64,000 bases of DNA from Promethearchaeota archaeon (GCA_016840085.1 JAEOTA010000064.1:21583-85582); one strand, 5' to 3'. Positions 10,658-22,012 are shown, numbered from the stretch's first letter. The notes: a model not told the origin generated them from the letters alone. Translations and numbers: made by a program.

Positions 10658-10918
10658 GTGAAAGAGTTGTTAGAATTAAAGGAATTGGCAGAGAAAAGAG
10701 AAGCTGCTAAACTTAAAAAAGCTCAAGAATTAGAAAAATTAGAATTACTTGAGTTTAGCCACAATAAACCACAAAAGAAACAAGATAGATTAGAAAAGCT
10801 AAATCTAAAGTTATTAGAACTTTACGAAAGAGCGAAGTATAATCCAAGATACTTAGAAGAAAAGCAAAAATACTTAAGAAGTCTAGAAGTCCTGAAAGAA
10901 AATTACAGGAATCTTTAA
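10658..10918 (+). CDS. small charged helical hypothetical protein
   Basis: 86-aa ORF, K/E/L-rich. Confidence 0.55.
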   Translation: MKELLELKELAEKREAAKLKKAQELEKLELLEFSHNKPQKKQDRLEKLNLKLLELYERAKYNPRYLEEKQKYLRSLEVLKENYRNL

Positions 10919-10979
10919 TGCTGCTAAAGAGATAAAAAGACAATAAAGGTGAATTATAATATCAGCAAATAATAATGAA

Positions 10980-12236
10980 ATGGACCAAGAAATAGTAGAT
11001 CTCCAGACTGTATACGATAAAACAGAGAAAATTCAGAACACTATTCACAATAGAATTCATGTAAATAAATGGGAGTCAAATTTAAGGAAATCATATTTAT
11101 TTCATTTTTTCATGGGTCTTCACTTGATATCAGGAGTACTATTACCCTTTTTCCTGACTTGGGGAAAATTAACTTTCGTCGAGGTTATGTTGTTACAAAG
11201 CTACTTTACAATTATGATTTTAATATTTGAGATACCTTGTGGCGCTATAGCTGATTATATTAGCAGAAAGGTCTCTTTACAACTAGGAGCTTTAATCACT
11301 GCGATGGCAGCATTAATCTATGGAAGCTATCCGAACATAATCATTTTTGCTATTGGTGAAACTTTATGGGCTTTTGCTAGTGCTTTAACCTCTGGTACTG
11401 ATCAAGCTTTTATATATGATACATTGAGAAAACTTGAAAGAGAGGATGATATATCAAAAGTGATGGCTAGAAATAGGAGTTTCACATTGTTTGGCATAGC
11501 AATTTCAGCTCCAATAGGTTCAATCATAGCTGCGTATGCTTCGTTAAACCTGGTAATGACTTTTATGTTTATTCCATTTTTCATCGCAACATTAATATCA
11601 CTGACATTAAAAGAACCAAATCATGATTTAGAGAAAAAGAAAACTGAGAATTATTTCACTGTAATAAAATCTGGATTTAATGAACTCAAGAGAAATAGCG
11701 TTCTAAGAGTATTATCGTTTGAAATGATAATAACAGAGACAGCAGTCTTCTATATAATTTGGCTATATCAACTTTATCTTGAAGCATTACAATTTCAATT
11801 AATATTCTTTGGATTCATAAGCACATCAATGACTTTAATACAGATAGTTTTTAACAACATAGTTATAAAACTTGAAAATAAATGCAATAATAAGAAACGG
11901 TTCTTACAATTTTATTCGATAATACCAGGAATAGGATTTATTCTTATGTCAGTGATTTTCTTCATCCCGGTTAGCATTCCTTTAATTCTTATAGTAATAG
12001 GATTCGGTTTTTCACGGAGCTTACTGTTTACTAAGGCGATAAATAGCCAAATTGAGACACAGAATAGAGCCACAGTGATAAGCACAATAAATATGATAGC
12101 AAGTCTTATAAGAGCGATTCTTTACCCTTTCATTGGATACTTTGTAATGATTAATTTAAGTATAACATTTCTATTTCTGGGTGCCATGATAATCGTGTTT
12201 GCATTGTTCTCAAGAATTAAGAGCGAATATTTATAA
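10980..12236 (+). CDS. MFS transporter
   Basis: About 12 TM segments; FEIPCGAIADYISRK, SGTDQAFIYD. Confidence 0.9.
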   Translation: MDQEIVDLQTVYDKTEKIQNTIHNRIHVNKWESNLRKSYLFHFFMGLHLISGVLLPFFLTWGKLTFVEVMLLQSYFTIMILIFEIPCGAIADYISRKVSLQLGALITAMAALIYGSYPNIIIFAIGETLWAFASALTSGTDQAFIYDTLRKLEREDDISKVMARNRSFTLFGIAISAPIGSIIAAYASLNLVMTFMFIPFFIATLISLTLKEPNHDLEKKKTENYFTVIKSGFNELKRNSVLRVLSFEMIITETAVFYIIWLYQLYLEALQFQLIFFGFISTSMTLIQIVFNNIVIKLENKCNNKKRFLQFYSIIPGIGFILMSVIFFIPVSIPLILIVIGFGFSRSLLFTKAINSQIETQNRATVISTINMIASLIRAILYPFIGYFVMINLSITFLFLGAMIIVFALFSRIKSEYL

Positions 12237-12390
12237 TAAACTTGTTTTTTTAATTTTGAATATTTAATTTTTAAGGAGATTAAGAATATGGGAGAAAAAA
12301 AAATCCTTATCATAAAATATTATTTTCTATTTTTGTAATAGCAAATTCTTTTTATTTGATTAAAAATGAAAAAGTAAGAGGTATCGAAAC

Positions 12391-13926
12391 ATGAAAAGAG
12401 TATATATTACAACTCCAATATATTATGTGAATGATGATCCACATATTGGGCATGCTCATACAACAATTATGGGTGATATTCTAAAGCGTATTTTAAAAAT
12501 GCGTGGAGTTCAAGTTTTTTATACAACTGGTGTTGATGAACATGGACAGAAGAATCAAGCTAGTGCCCACGAAAGCGGTTTTTCTGTAAATAATTATTTA
12601 GACCAAAAAGCTACTGTTTTTAAATCTGTATTTGAAAAATTAAATATTTCTTTTGATTTTTTCGTCCGAACATCACGAGAGGGTCATAAAAATTATGTAA
12701 AGCAGGTTTTGGATGAACTTTTTAGCAATAAATTGATTTATAAAAAATATTATGAAGGGTTGTATTGTCTTGGATGTGAACAGTTTAAAAAAACTTCAGA
12801 TTTAGATGAGAATGGGCTGTGCCCTGATCATAAAAAAGAACCTGAAATTCAAAAAGAAGTGAATTATTTTTTAAAAATTAGTGAATACCAATCCTGGTTA
12901 ATAAATTGCATAAAAAAGAATAAAACTCTCATTCAGCCCACAGTTTATCAAAAAGAGGTTTTAGCCATGTTAAATGAGCCATTGGATGATTGGTGTATTT
13001 CTCGCCCAAAAAGCAGGGTGACATTGGGAATTGATTTCCCATTTGATAGTAATTTTGTTACTTATGTATGGTTTGATGCACTTTTAAATTATATTTCAAA
13101 TCTCAAGCTAAATTTTGAAGGAGAATCCGAGTTTAATAATTATTGGGCTAATTTAATTCATCTCGGGGGAAAAGATATAATTAAAACCCATTGTATCTAT
13201 TGGCTTATAATGTTAAAAATTCTTGATTTAAATCTACCAAAATCTATCCAAATTCATGGACATTGGGTCGGTAAAGGAGGAATCAAGATGTCAAAATCGT
13301 TAGGAAATGTTATAGACCCATTAAAACTTCAACAAAGAATTGGAACAGATGCCATTCGATTTTTTTTATCTAGTAAAATGACAAATAAAGATTCTCGGAT
13401 TAACCCCTCACTTATTAAATCTTGTTATGAGAATGATCTTGCAAACAATATCGGAAATCTATTGTATCGTGCCTGTAAATTTACACTAAAGAACTTTGGT
13501 GATAAAGTACCAGAACCTGGAGATTTAATTGAAAGAGAAAAAATTTTACATTTATTTTTAGAGAAAATATTGAAAGTAAATATAAGTCAGCCCAGCTTAA
13601 AGATTTCTTATGAATTAGCTAATTCAATCCTAATTATTGGAAATAAACTAAATAAATATTTTAATGATGCAGCCCCTTGGAAACTCATAAAAGGAAAAAA
13701 CAAAGAGAAAGAAGTGAAAACAGTCTTATATACTGTTCTGGATGGAGTTAAAGTTCTCTTTGAATTGGCATATCCAATTATTCCAAATACTGCAAATGAA
13801 GTTTTAGAAATTATTGGAGCAAATAGAATACCTGATCGAATTATTAATCACAATATTCAAGTGGGTAAACTCAAACCAGGTTCAAAAATTTTAAGTCCAA
13901 AAATAATCTTTCCAAAATTAGTTTAA
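12391..13926 (+). CDS. metG: methionine--tRNA ligase, bacterial-type single-knuckle form
   Basis: YITTPIYYVN-PHIGH, YCLGCE..CPDH, YVWFDAL, KMSKSLGN; no C-terminal OB domain. Confidence 0.93.
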   Translation: MKRVYITTPIYYVNDDPHIGHAHTTIMGDILKRILKMRGVQVFYTTGVDEHGQKNQASAHESGFSVNNYLDQKATVFKSVFEKLNISFDFFVRTSREGHKNYVKQVLDELFSNKLIYKKYYEGLYCLGCEQFKKTSDLDENGLCPDHKKEPEIQKEVNYFLKISEYQSWLINCIKKNKTLIQPTVYQKEVLAMLNEPLDDWCISRPKSRVTLGIDFPFDSNFVTYVWFDALLNYISNLKLNFEGESEFNNYWANLIHLGGKDIIKTHCIYWLIMLKILDLNLPKSIQIHGHWVGKGGIKMSKSLGNVIDPLKLQQRIGTDAIRFFLSSKMTNKDSRINPSLIKSCYENDLANNIGNLLYRACKFTLKNFGDKVPEPGDLIEREKILHLFLEKILKVNISQPSLKISYELANSILIIGNKLNKYFNDAAPWKLIKGKNKEKEVKTVLYTVLDGVKVLFELAYPIIPNTANEVLEIIGANRIPDRIINHNIQVGKLKPGSKILSPKIIFPKLV

Positions 13927-15749
13927 TCTTTTAATTCATTTAAAATAATCTCAGCTAATTTTTTCCCCACTATCTGAGATAATTCTTTTAAAGAAGCCCT
14001 TTTTATATTGATAACACTCCCAAAATAATTAAGTAATTTATTTCTTGTAACTGGACCTACTCCTTCAATATCGTCTAAAATTGAGCCTGTCATGCGTTTT
14101 TTCCTTTGCTTTTTGTGGAGTCTTACAGCGAAACGGTGAGCTTCGTCCCTCACTCTTTGAAATAATTTTAAGAGTGGTGAATTTTTAGGAAGGATAATAG
14201 GGTTTTTATTATTAGGTATAAAGAGTTCTTCATACTTCTTAGCTAATCCTATAATAGGAATTTCAAGACCTAGTTCTTGTAACACAGAAACACCCGCGTT
14301 CAATTGTCCTTTTCCCCCATCTATTAATATTAAATCGGGAAGTTCTAAGTTTCGGTTTAATAACATTGTATATCTTCTTTTTAAAACTTCTTTCATCATT
14401 GCAACATCATCGGGTGTCGATTTAGTTCTTATTTTAAAGTGCCTGTAATTCTTATTATATGGTTTTGCTTCTAAAAAATAAACCATTGAGCCAGTTGCGT
14501 CTCTCCCTTCAATATTTGAAATATCAAAGCCTTCAATGATCCTAGGTTCTTTTTGTAGTTTTAAAATTTCTTTTGCTTCTTTTAATACCTCTTCTCTAAA
14601 ATCTTCTTCATCCATTTTAATCTGTTCCATTTGAACCTGCTGATTAACCATAACTTTAGCATTTCTATTAGCAATTCGTATTAGGCTTATTTCATAGTCA
14701 TCTATAGGAGATCTTATTTGTATCTCTCCTTTTATATCTTTTAAATACTTAATTAGAATATCAAATCTTTCGCTTACTTCAGCAATAATTATTACATCTG
14801 GTAATTGGGTTTTAAAATCTTGATAATATTGTTCCAAGATAGAAGAAAGCAACTCACCTTTATGAACTAGTTTTTCTCTTAAATCGAAATTAAAAGAATT
14901 TTTATTTATTATTCTACCCTCTCTAATATGAATTATTATCATTGCCACATAATTATCTTCAGAATGATATCCAATGATATCCTTATTCGCATCATGATTT
15001 AAGAATACATGTTGCTGATCGGTAGCATGATCAATATCATCCAATTTATCTCTCCAGAAAGCTGCTAATTCAAATTCTTGGGATTTTGCAGCATTTTGCA
15101 TTTTTTCTTCGATTTGTTTTTTTAGTTCACTTGTTTCTCCTTTTAAAAACATTTCGATTCTTTTAATATTGTTGCGATATTTTTCTTTTGTTATTTCAGT
15201 GAAGCATGGACCCAAGCAAAGTTTTAATTGATAATATAAACAAGGGTTTTTTTTCTTTCTACCAGGTTTTTTACAAGAACAGTAGGGGAATATTTTCCTT
15301 AAATCCCTTAGTATTCTTACAATTTCTTTTTTATCTGTATAAGGTCCTAAAAACAAATTGTTTTGGGAATATTTTTCTGGATTTCTAATTACACGGATTC
15401 TGGGAAAGTCTTCTGAGTAAAAAATTGCTACCCAAGGATATGATTTAGAATCCCTCATTATTACGTTATAGCGAGGGAGATATTTTTTGATTTGGATATT
15501 TTCTAAAAGGAGTGCTTCTTTCTCATTTTCTGTTATAATATATTCAATAGAACGAATCTTATTTATTAATTCTTTAATTTTTTCCTCATAATAGGGATCT
15601 GTATAACTAGTTTTTAAGAAATATTGATTTACTCTTTTTTTTATATTTTTAGATTTTCCGATGTAAAGTATTGAACCTTTCTTATCTACAAATAAATAAA
15701 CTCCAGGTTCGTTAGGTAAACTTTTTCTTTGTAATTCTAAGTCCTTCAT
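13923..15749 (-). CDS. uvrC: excinuclease ABC subunit C
   Basis: PGVY..YIGKS GIY-YIG domain, UVR domain, FDISN, DGGKGQL, RDEAHRFA, C-terminal HhH. Confidence 0.97.
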   Translation of the reverse strand: MKDLELQRKSLPNEPGVYLFVDKKGSILYIGKSKNIKKRVNQYFLKTSYTDPYYEEKIKELINKIRSIEYIITENEKEALLLENIQIKKYLPRYNVIMRDSKSYPWVAIFYSEDFPRIRVIRNPEKYSQNNLFLGPYTDKKEIVRILRDLRKIFPYCSCKKPGRKKKNPCLYYQLKLCLGPCFTEITKEKYRNNIKRIEMFLKGETSELKKQIEEKMQNAAKSQEFELAAFWRDKLDDIDHATDQQHVFLNHDANKDIIGYHSEDNYVAMIIIHIREGRIINKNSFNFDLREKLVHKGELLSSILEQYYQDFKTQLPDVIIIAEVSERFDILIKYLKDIKGEIQIRSPIDDYEISLIRIANRNAKVMVNQQVQMEQIKMDEEDFREEVLKEAKEILKLQKEPRIIEGFDISNIEGRDATGSMVYFLEAKPYNKNYRHFKIRTKSTPDDVAMMKEVLKRRYTMLLNRNLELPDLILIDGGKGQLNAGVSVLQELGLEIPIIGLAKKYEELFIPNNKNPIILPKNSPLLKLFQRVRDEAHRFAVRLHKKQRKKRMTGSILDDIEGVGPVTRNKLLNYFGSVINIKRASLKELSQIVGKKLAEIILNELKD

Positions 15750-15895
15750 GAATAAATTAAAATCTATTGATATTTATGATATAATAGTTTGTTGAATTTT
15801 TTATTTTTATCAACAAAAGAATCAAGATATAATTAATAATTAAAGAGAATAAATGTTATTTATTATTATTAAACATAAGCAGTAATAGGTTTAAT

Positions 15896-16111
15896 GTGAA
15901 AAGTAGTGTTTTTATGGTTAATATTAGAATTTGTCCAAGATGTAAAAAGCCTACATTAAGAAACGCAACAAATGTTAGTGGTTGGCTTGCTCCCGATTTA
16001 TATGAGTGCAGTGATAAGAAGTGTGGTTATATTGGTAGATTTTATATTGAAGTTGATTCAGAAGATTTTAAATTAGATCAAGAAGAAAATTCTTTTAATT
16101 TAGAAGAATAA
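15896..16111 (+). CDS. small zinc-ribbon protein
   Basis: CPRC...CSDKKCGY; directly upstream of the R15P isomerase gene. Confidence 0.7.
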   Translation: MKSSVFMVNIRICPRCKKPTLRNATNVSGWLAPDLYECSDKKCGYIGRFYIEVDSEDFKLDQEENSFNLEE

Positions 16112-16122
16112 AACAATAATTT

Positions 16123-17064
16123 GTGATTTTTATGGAACAATTATTAAACGATGCTGAAAGAATTAGGTCATTAGAAATACAAGGTGCTACTAATGTAGCA
16201 CTTAGAGCAATTGACTTTTTAAGTGATTATGCTAAAAGATTAAAATGTGAGAATATTGACAAATGTTTTGAGAGCCTTTATAATGCAAGAGATATTTTAA
16301 TTGAAACAAGGCCCACGGAACCTGCTATGAAAAATGGTTTGAAATTTATTATGAAAAAATTAGAAGAAGATAAAGAAAACTTATATGCTGAGTATATTTC
16401 TGATTTCATTGAAAAATATAAGAATCAATACTATGATATGATTCAAATATCAAAGAAAAGAATTGCTGAAATTGGCGCTCGACGAATTCCTGCTACCAGT
16501 AAGAAATATACTGTAATGACACATTGCCATTCATCTTTAGTTGCTGCGATTCTATTAGAGGCTAAAAAGCAGGGAAAGAATTTCAAGGTAATAAATACAG
16601 AAACTCAACCTAGATTGCAAGGTCGGAAAACAGCAAAAAAGTTATTAGATGCTGGAATTGAAGTCACTCAAGTTATTGATAGCGCAATGCGATGGGCTGT
16701 TAGGCATTTTCAAGTAGATTTAATTTTAATTGGGGCAGATAGTATTACTTCTGAAGGAACAATTATCAATAAAATAGGATCAAGATTGCTAGCATTAGTA
16801 GCTCATGAAGAACACGTACCTTTTTATGTGGCATCTCCATTATTGAAATATAATCCAGAAACCAATTTGGGTATTTTAGAAATTATCGAAATGAGAGAGC
16901 CAAAAGAAATATGGGAAAATCCTCCAGAAGGTATAGAGATCCTAAATCCTGCATTTGAGACAGTAAGTAGAAGGTATATCGATGGATTAATTACAGAAGC
17001 AGGAATATTTGCTTCAAGTCATGTCCCAAATTATTTCGCGAAAATATATCCAGAAATGGTGTAA
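16123..17064 (+). CDS. ribose-1,5-bisphosphate isomerase (eIF2B-alpha/beta/delta family)
   Basis: IQGAT, RPTEP, THCHSS, ETQP..QG, GADSI, NKIGS, NPAFE; near form III RuBisCO. Confidence 0.88.
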   Translation: MIFMEQLLNDAERIRSLEIQGATNVALRAIDFLSDYAKRLKCENIDKCFESLYNARDILIETRPTEPAMKNGLKFIMKKLEEDKENLYAEYISDFIEKYKNQYYDMIQISKKRIAEIGARRIPATSKKYTVMTHCHSSLVAAILLEAKKQGKNFKVINTETQPRLQGRKTAKKLLDAGIEVTQVIDSAMRWAVRHFQVDLILIGADSITSEGTIINKIGSRLLALVAHEEHVPFYVASPLLKYNPETNLGILEIIEMREPKEIWENPPEGIEILNPAFETVSRRYIDGLITEAGIFASSHVPNYFAKIYPEMV

Positions 17065-17483
17065 TGTTCCAATAGTTAGTATCGAGAATTTCACTAATTC
17101 TATTGAGGGATTTCATTAATATTGTAAATAAGGATATTAATACTTGCATTTATAAAAATCGTTAATGAATAATTCCCCGTTATCTGATAAGACATAAATT
17201 TTATGTATTGATTTTTAGAAAATCTTTATACTCCAAATTTGAATATACTGAATAGAATTCATATGGATTAATTTTGCTATATAAGAGAAAGAAAAATATC
17301 GTAAAAATAGTATATCGTGTTGATTTTTTAATGATTTAGACGGACGTATCGTTGAGTCTATTTACACACTTGTGATAAGTGTATTATTAATAAAAAAGAT
17401 AAAAAAAAAATTTAATTTGAAAAATAAGAAGTATAAAAAATTGAAATTAAAAAATAAATAAGAAATGTTTTTAGGAGTTTAGT

Positions 17484-19142
17484 TTGACAATTGAAATCTT
17501 TATTAACTTTTGTAGAGTTGTTACTGATTTTATAAAAGAAAATATTGATGCTAAAAATAATGATTTTGATAATTATATAAAGTATATTAAAAATAAAGGA
17601 GTCAATGGTAATTTAATTCTTAAAGAAATTCTCAAAGAAGATAGGTTAAAAGAGTTTATTATAACAGCAGGAATAAGAGCAGATAAAAGAAAAAAACTAC
17701 AACTCAGAAGATGCTCACAAGTTATCTCTCTAGCCTTAATTAAATGTCCTGAATACAACAGTCTTAAAGAGAAGTTAACCAAATTGACTAATTTGAGTGA
17801 TACACAAATAAGGAACTTAATAAAAAGATATATCCCCCTTTTAAAAGAATTTAACCCTAATCTAAATTTAAGCAAATGGTTGCCTAAATCTTATATTTAT
17901 ACTTATACTAAAGTTAAGAAATTAGTGGAGGAGGTAGGTTTAGAGAAGACTAGTAAAAAGGGCATCTTATTAAAACCTAAACAAGAACAACAATTTGAAG
18001 AGTTAGCAAAGAAGCAAAAGCCATCTCGAGTTCCGCTATTGGTGAAATGTGGAGCTTGTGGATATAAATGGTCTACTAATGCATTTAATTTACAACAAAA
18101 AAATTGGTGTAAATACTGTGTTTTTAATATATATACATATGATAAAGTTAAAACATTAGTTGAGAATAAAGGTTTTGAAAAATCAGGTGTAAAAGGAATA
18201 CTACTAAAACCAGAAAGTAAAAATGAATTTAAGGAATTAGCAAATAATAGAAAGCCAAATAGAGTCCCACTTTTGGTGAAATGTGGAGTTTGTGGATATA
18301 TATGGTCTACTAATCCCGATCGTTTACAACAAGGAAAATGGTGTGAATGTTGTGGTAAAGGAATGTACACATATGATAAAGTTAAACAATTAATAGAAAA
18401 TGTAGGTTTTGAAAAGGCAGGTAAAAAGGGAGTATTAATAACGCCAAAAAATAAAAAAAATTTTGATGAACTAACTCATAAACACCCTCCAAGTCGAGTT
18501 CCTTTATTGATAGAATGTGGAGTATGTGGGTATAAATGGTCATCTGATGCAGATCGTTTACAAAGAAAACATTGGTGTCCAACTTGCTCCGAAGGTGAAT
18601 TCGAGCAGATATGTCGTTGGTATATCGAAAAAGTTTTTAGTTTTATATTCCAGTCAAAAATAACTTTCCCGAAAACGCAATTAAACAAAGTAATTAATTT
18701 CTATAATATAAAATACTATACTGAAGCAGAAAAAGATTTAATCCATGATCTGATTAAATATGGACATTTAGATGGTTATTCTAAAATTAAAAATAGAATA
18801 AAAACTATAAAAATAGCATTTGAATATAATGGTGAACAACATTATAAGTTTCTAAAACATTTCCATAAAGATAAAGCGGATCTCATACATCAAATACTTC
18901 GAGATAAAGTAAAATAGAAGCTTTGTGAAGAAAATAACATAATTCTTATTGAATTTCCCTACTATATTGATAAAAAAATGAAAAATTCGAAAAAAATTCA
19001 AAATTATATTGTTAAAGAGCTTAGGATAAAAGCTAGTATTGAAATACCTTATAATTTACCTAAATACAACCATAATTGTCCAGATTTTGGACAGTATAGG
19101 TTAGATCAATATCTTAAAGATAATAATCAAAAACTATTTTGA
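17484..19142 (+). pseudogene. zinc-ribbon-repeat PD-(D/E)XK-like endonuclease, interrupted by an in-frame TAG at 18915-18917
   Basis: Three CxxCG..W..WCxxC repeats, LDGY..IAFEYNGEQHY. RDKVK*KLCEENNIILIEFPY continues in frame for 74 codons to TGA at 19140-19142. Confidence 0.75.
17898..18599 (+). repeat. three tandem 234-nt (78-aa) zinc-ribbon repeat units
   Basis: Units start at 17898, 18132 and 18366 (YTYxKVK...RVPLL.CG.CGY.WS...WC..C). Confidence 0.92.
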
Positions 19143-19182
19143 GATATTTATAGCTTTTTTTTAATTTTAATATATTATATAA

Positions 19183-20460
19183 TTATTTCCCCCATTTTTC
19201 AATTGCTTTTTTCAATTCTGGTGAAGTCTTAGCTTTTTCTTCTAAAGAAGAACCTTCTAATACAGAATCTATCGCCTGTCTTATTGCCTTTGCCCCTGCT
19301 TCTGTACCGTTAGGGTGACCGTGGCAACCTCCACCAAATTGGAATACCATATCTTTGCCTAATATCTCAATTAAATCGGGGATATGCAATGGACTTAAGC
19401 CTCCAGAAGCAACAGGTAAAGTTGGTTTAATTTTTCCCCAATCTTGATTAAGAATTGTTTGACTATTGTCTTCAATTTTTGATTTAGTAATTACATTATT
19501 AATTTCCAATACTTCTTTTTTAGCGCCCTCCATTTTTCCCACTACCGTTCCTGTGTGCAATTGATCCATACCAATTAATCGCATTAATTTAGCTAAAGCT
19601 AACATAGTCATTCCATGTTTTTTGTTTCGAGTAAATGCTGCGTGCATTGCTCTGTGAGCGTGAATTACTAAGTCTTTATCATCGAGGTATTCTCTAATTT
19701 CTTGTAAAGCTGAAAAGCCTATGGTCACTATATCTACCATTACATATTCACCACCATTATCCTTGATAAAATCAGCCCGTTTTTTCATTGTGCTGAGAGG
19801 TGATGTTATGTTCGGCATATAGAATTTCCTTTCACCAGTCTCGCTTTCAACTTTATCACGGATTTTCAACGTTTCTATAATTCTTCTCTCAAACTTATTA
19901 AACACCATACTTGTTAAGTTTTCATCATCTTTAACGATGTCAAGTCCTCCTCTCCAAGCTTCTCCACACACTTTTGCATGCTCGGATTCATTCAATCCTA
20001 CCTTTGGTTTTACAATTGTTCCTAGAAGCGGACGATCTCTGATTTTAGTCAATTTTCTAATGCCTTCAATTCCGAATTTTGGTCCCTTATATGCATTTAT
20101 GACATCTCGAGGAAAACTTATATCTAATAATCTCAAATATTTTAGTGCTTTCATTCCAAAAATATTTCCAGCAATAGCACTTAGTATCTGAGGTAAATTA
20201 TTGATTTCGAAAAGTTGTTTAGTATAAGCAATTTTTACTACATTGTTTTCAGGATTAATATAAAACGCCGCTGGTTTGAGTCTTTCAGCGATATCAACAG
20301 ATAATGTTGCTATTTCAGTCCAAGTACCAATCGAACTTTCTTTTGCTATTTCTTCACATGCTTGTTCTATATCCTTACAATCTAGTGCTTTTTCTACATA
20401 ATACATCGCGATAAGATCATTTTCATTTGGTTTATACTTTAAATTTACGTAGTGTACCAA
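19183..20460 (-). CDS. rbcL: ribulose-bisphosphate carboxylase, form III
   Basis: ESSIGTW, GTIVKPKVGL, GLDIVKDDE, HAHRAMH, SGG, GGGCHGHP. Confidence 0.96.
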   Translation of the reverse strand: MVHYVNLKYKPNENDLIAMYYVEKALDCKDIEQACEEIAKESSIGTWTEIATLSVDIAERLKPAAFYINPENNVVKIAYTKQLFEINNLPQILSAIAGNIFGMKALKYLRLLDISFPRDVINAYKGPKFGIEGIRKLTKIRDRPLLGTIVKPKVGLNESEHAKVCGEAWRGGLDIVKDDENLTSMVFNKFERRIIETLKIRDKVESETGERKFYMPNITSPLSTMKKRADFIKDNGGEYVMVDIVTIGFSALQEIREYLDDKDLVIHAHRAMHAAFTRNKKHGMTMLALAKLMRLIGMDQLHTGTVVGKMEGAKKEVLEINNVITKSKIEDNSQTILNQDWGKIKPTLPVASGGLSPLHIPDLIEILGKDMVFQFGGGCHGHPNGTEAGAKAIRQAIDSVLEGSSLEEKAKTSPELKKAIEKWGK

Positions 20461-20593
20461 TTAATTTCACCAAACTTGATTTTGTTTTCAATTTAAATAA
20501 ATAGATGAATATTTCTTAATAAGAAATGAATTATAATTATAAAATCATAAAAAATTAATAATATTTTTAATTATCTTACAGAGTGAAGAAACT

Positions 20594-20905
20594 ATGAGTG
20601 AAGCAAAAAGCAAAGTTATGACTATAGACGTTAAAGATCTTAGTTTTAAAAATGAACAGCACGTTCTTGATATGATAAGATTCTTATCAGAGGCGCTCCC
20701 ACAAATAAATCTTGATCGTAATGGAAATGATATTAGCGTTGAAATGCCAATTGCATTATCCAAGAGAGCTTTAAAACTAAGGATTAAGAAATTTTTGTAT
20801 AAAAAAGGTTTAAACAAAGATTTCAGACCCATTTCCCATAAATCAATAGAATCAGAAGGATATATAGTAAAAGAAAAGAAAATTGTTGAATTAAGTTATT
20901 ATTAA
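20594..20905 (+). CDS. rpl22e: ribosomal protein eL22 (L22e)
   Basis: LSKRALKLRIKKFLYKKGL..FRPIS resembles the eukaryotic eL22 motif SKRYLKYLTKKYLKK; 103 aa. Confidence 0.8.
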   Translation: MSEAKSKVMTIDVKDLSFKNEQHVLDMIRFLSEALPQINLDRNGNDISVEMPIALSKRALKLRIKKFLYKKGLNKDFRPISHKSIESEGYIVKEKKIVELSYY

Positions 20906-20955
20906 ACCTTATTCTCTTTAATTATAATTATATAGTTAAAAAACTATACTTAGTT

Positions 20956-21930
20956 GTGTCTTTGAATAATACAAATCTCAATTTATCAATCGAATCTATT
21001 GACGACTTAATGCGATGTATTAATTTAGCAAGTCTCTTAGAATTATCAGGATGGCCAAAACCTGGAAATATACATCGCACTAAAAATTATGAAAATACTA
21101 AATTTGAACATTTTTTAGCAGGAATTGCTGCGATTCAGCCAAATTTTAGAGAATTTTGTAGAAGAATTTCACAATATTCATTTGAAAGTAATAAAGAGTT
21201 TAGAGAAATAAATTTAGGGCTCTTCTTCAAAAAAGCAGCAAAAGAAATGATGAGATGGCAAAATGGAGGAAATGTTTTATTGGGACATATTTTAATATTA
21301 AGTCCCCTCGTAGCTGCCGCTATAATTTGCTTAAAAAAAAGGAAAACTGACTTTGCTAATTTTAAACTCTATTTAAGTAAAGTTATTGAAGAAACTACTG
21401 TTGATGACACAGTTAATTTATATAAGACCATAAGGTTATGCAACCCTGGAGGATTAGGGAAGATTGATAAATATGATATCAATGATGACAATGCATTAAG
21501 AGATATAAGATCAGATAAAATTAAATTAAAAAAAATTTTTGAACTATCCAAAGATTATGATTTAATAAGTTTAGAGTATTCGACTAATTTTAAGATAATT
21601 TTAAGTGAAGGTCTTCCATATTTTATAGGAATATATAATATTTTTAAGGATCCAAATATCGCAATTGTAAATACATTTTTAAAGTTACTTTCAGCGCATC
21701 CTGATACACTCATAATCAGAAAATCAGGACTAGAATCCGCTTTATATGTTTCAAAATCCGCATCAGAAATTTTGGAATTTGGAGGAATTTCTTCAGAAAA
21801 AGGGTTTAAATTGTCTACCCAATTAGATATAGAACTCCACGAAAAAAAAGGGAAAATGAATCCAGGAACTACAGCTGATCTCATTTCTGGTGTAATCCTT
21901 TGTGCATTGCTTTTTGGGTTTAGATTTTGA
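20956..21930 (+). CDS. citG: triphosphoribosyl-dephospho-CoA synthase (CitG family)
   Basis: PKPGNIHR, DTLIIRK, NPGTTADL. Confidence 0.9.
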   Translation: MSLNNTNLNLSIESIDDLMRCINLASLLELSGWPKPGNIHRTKNYENTKFEHFLAGIAAIQPNFREFCRRISQYSFESNKEFREINLGLFFKKAAKEMMRWQNGGNVLLGHILILSPLVAAAIICLKKRKTDFANFKLYLSKVIEETTVDDTVNLYKTIRLCNPGGLGKIDKYDINDDNALRDIRSDKIKLKKIFELSKDYDLISLEYSTNFKIILSEGLPYFIGIYNIFKDPNIAIVNTFLKLLSAHPDTLIIRKSGLESALYVSKSASEILEFGGISSEKGFKLSTQLDIELHEKKGKMNPGTTADLISGVILCALLFGFRF

Positions 21931-22012
21931 ATTAAAAAAAATTATTTGTTAGGATTATTTTATTATGTTTAAGAGATATGGACAATTATTTTCTGTTTAG
22001 GTTTAAAAGATT

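Noticed and set aside
16123-20460. Calvin-cycle carbon fixation
   Set aside because: Form III RuBisCO with R15P isomerase indicates the nucleoside/AMP salvage route; there is no phosphoribulokinase in the window.
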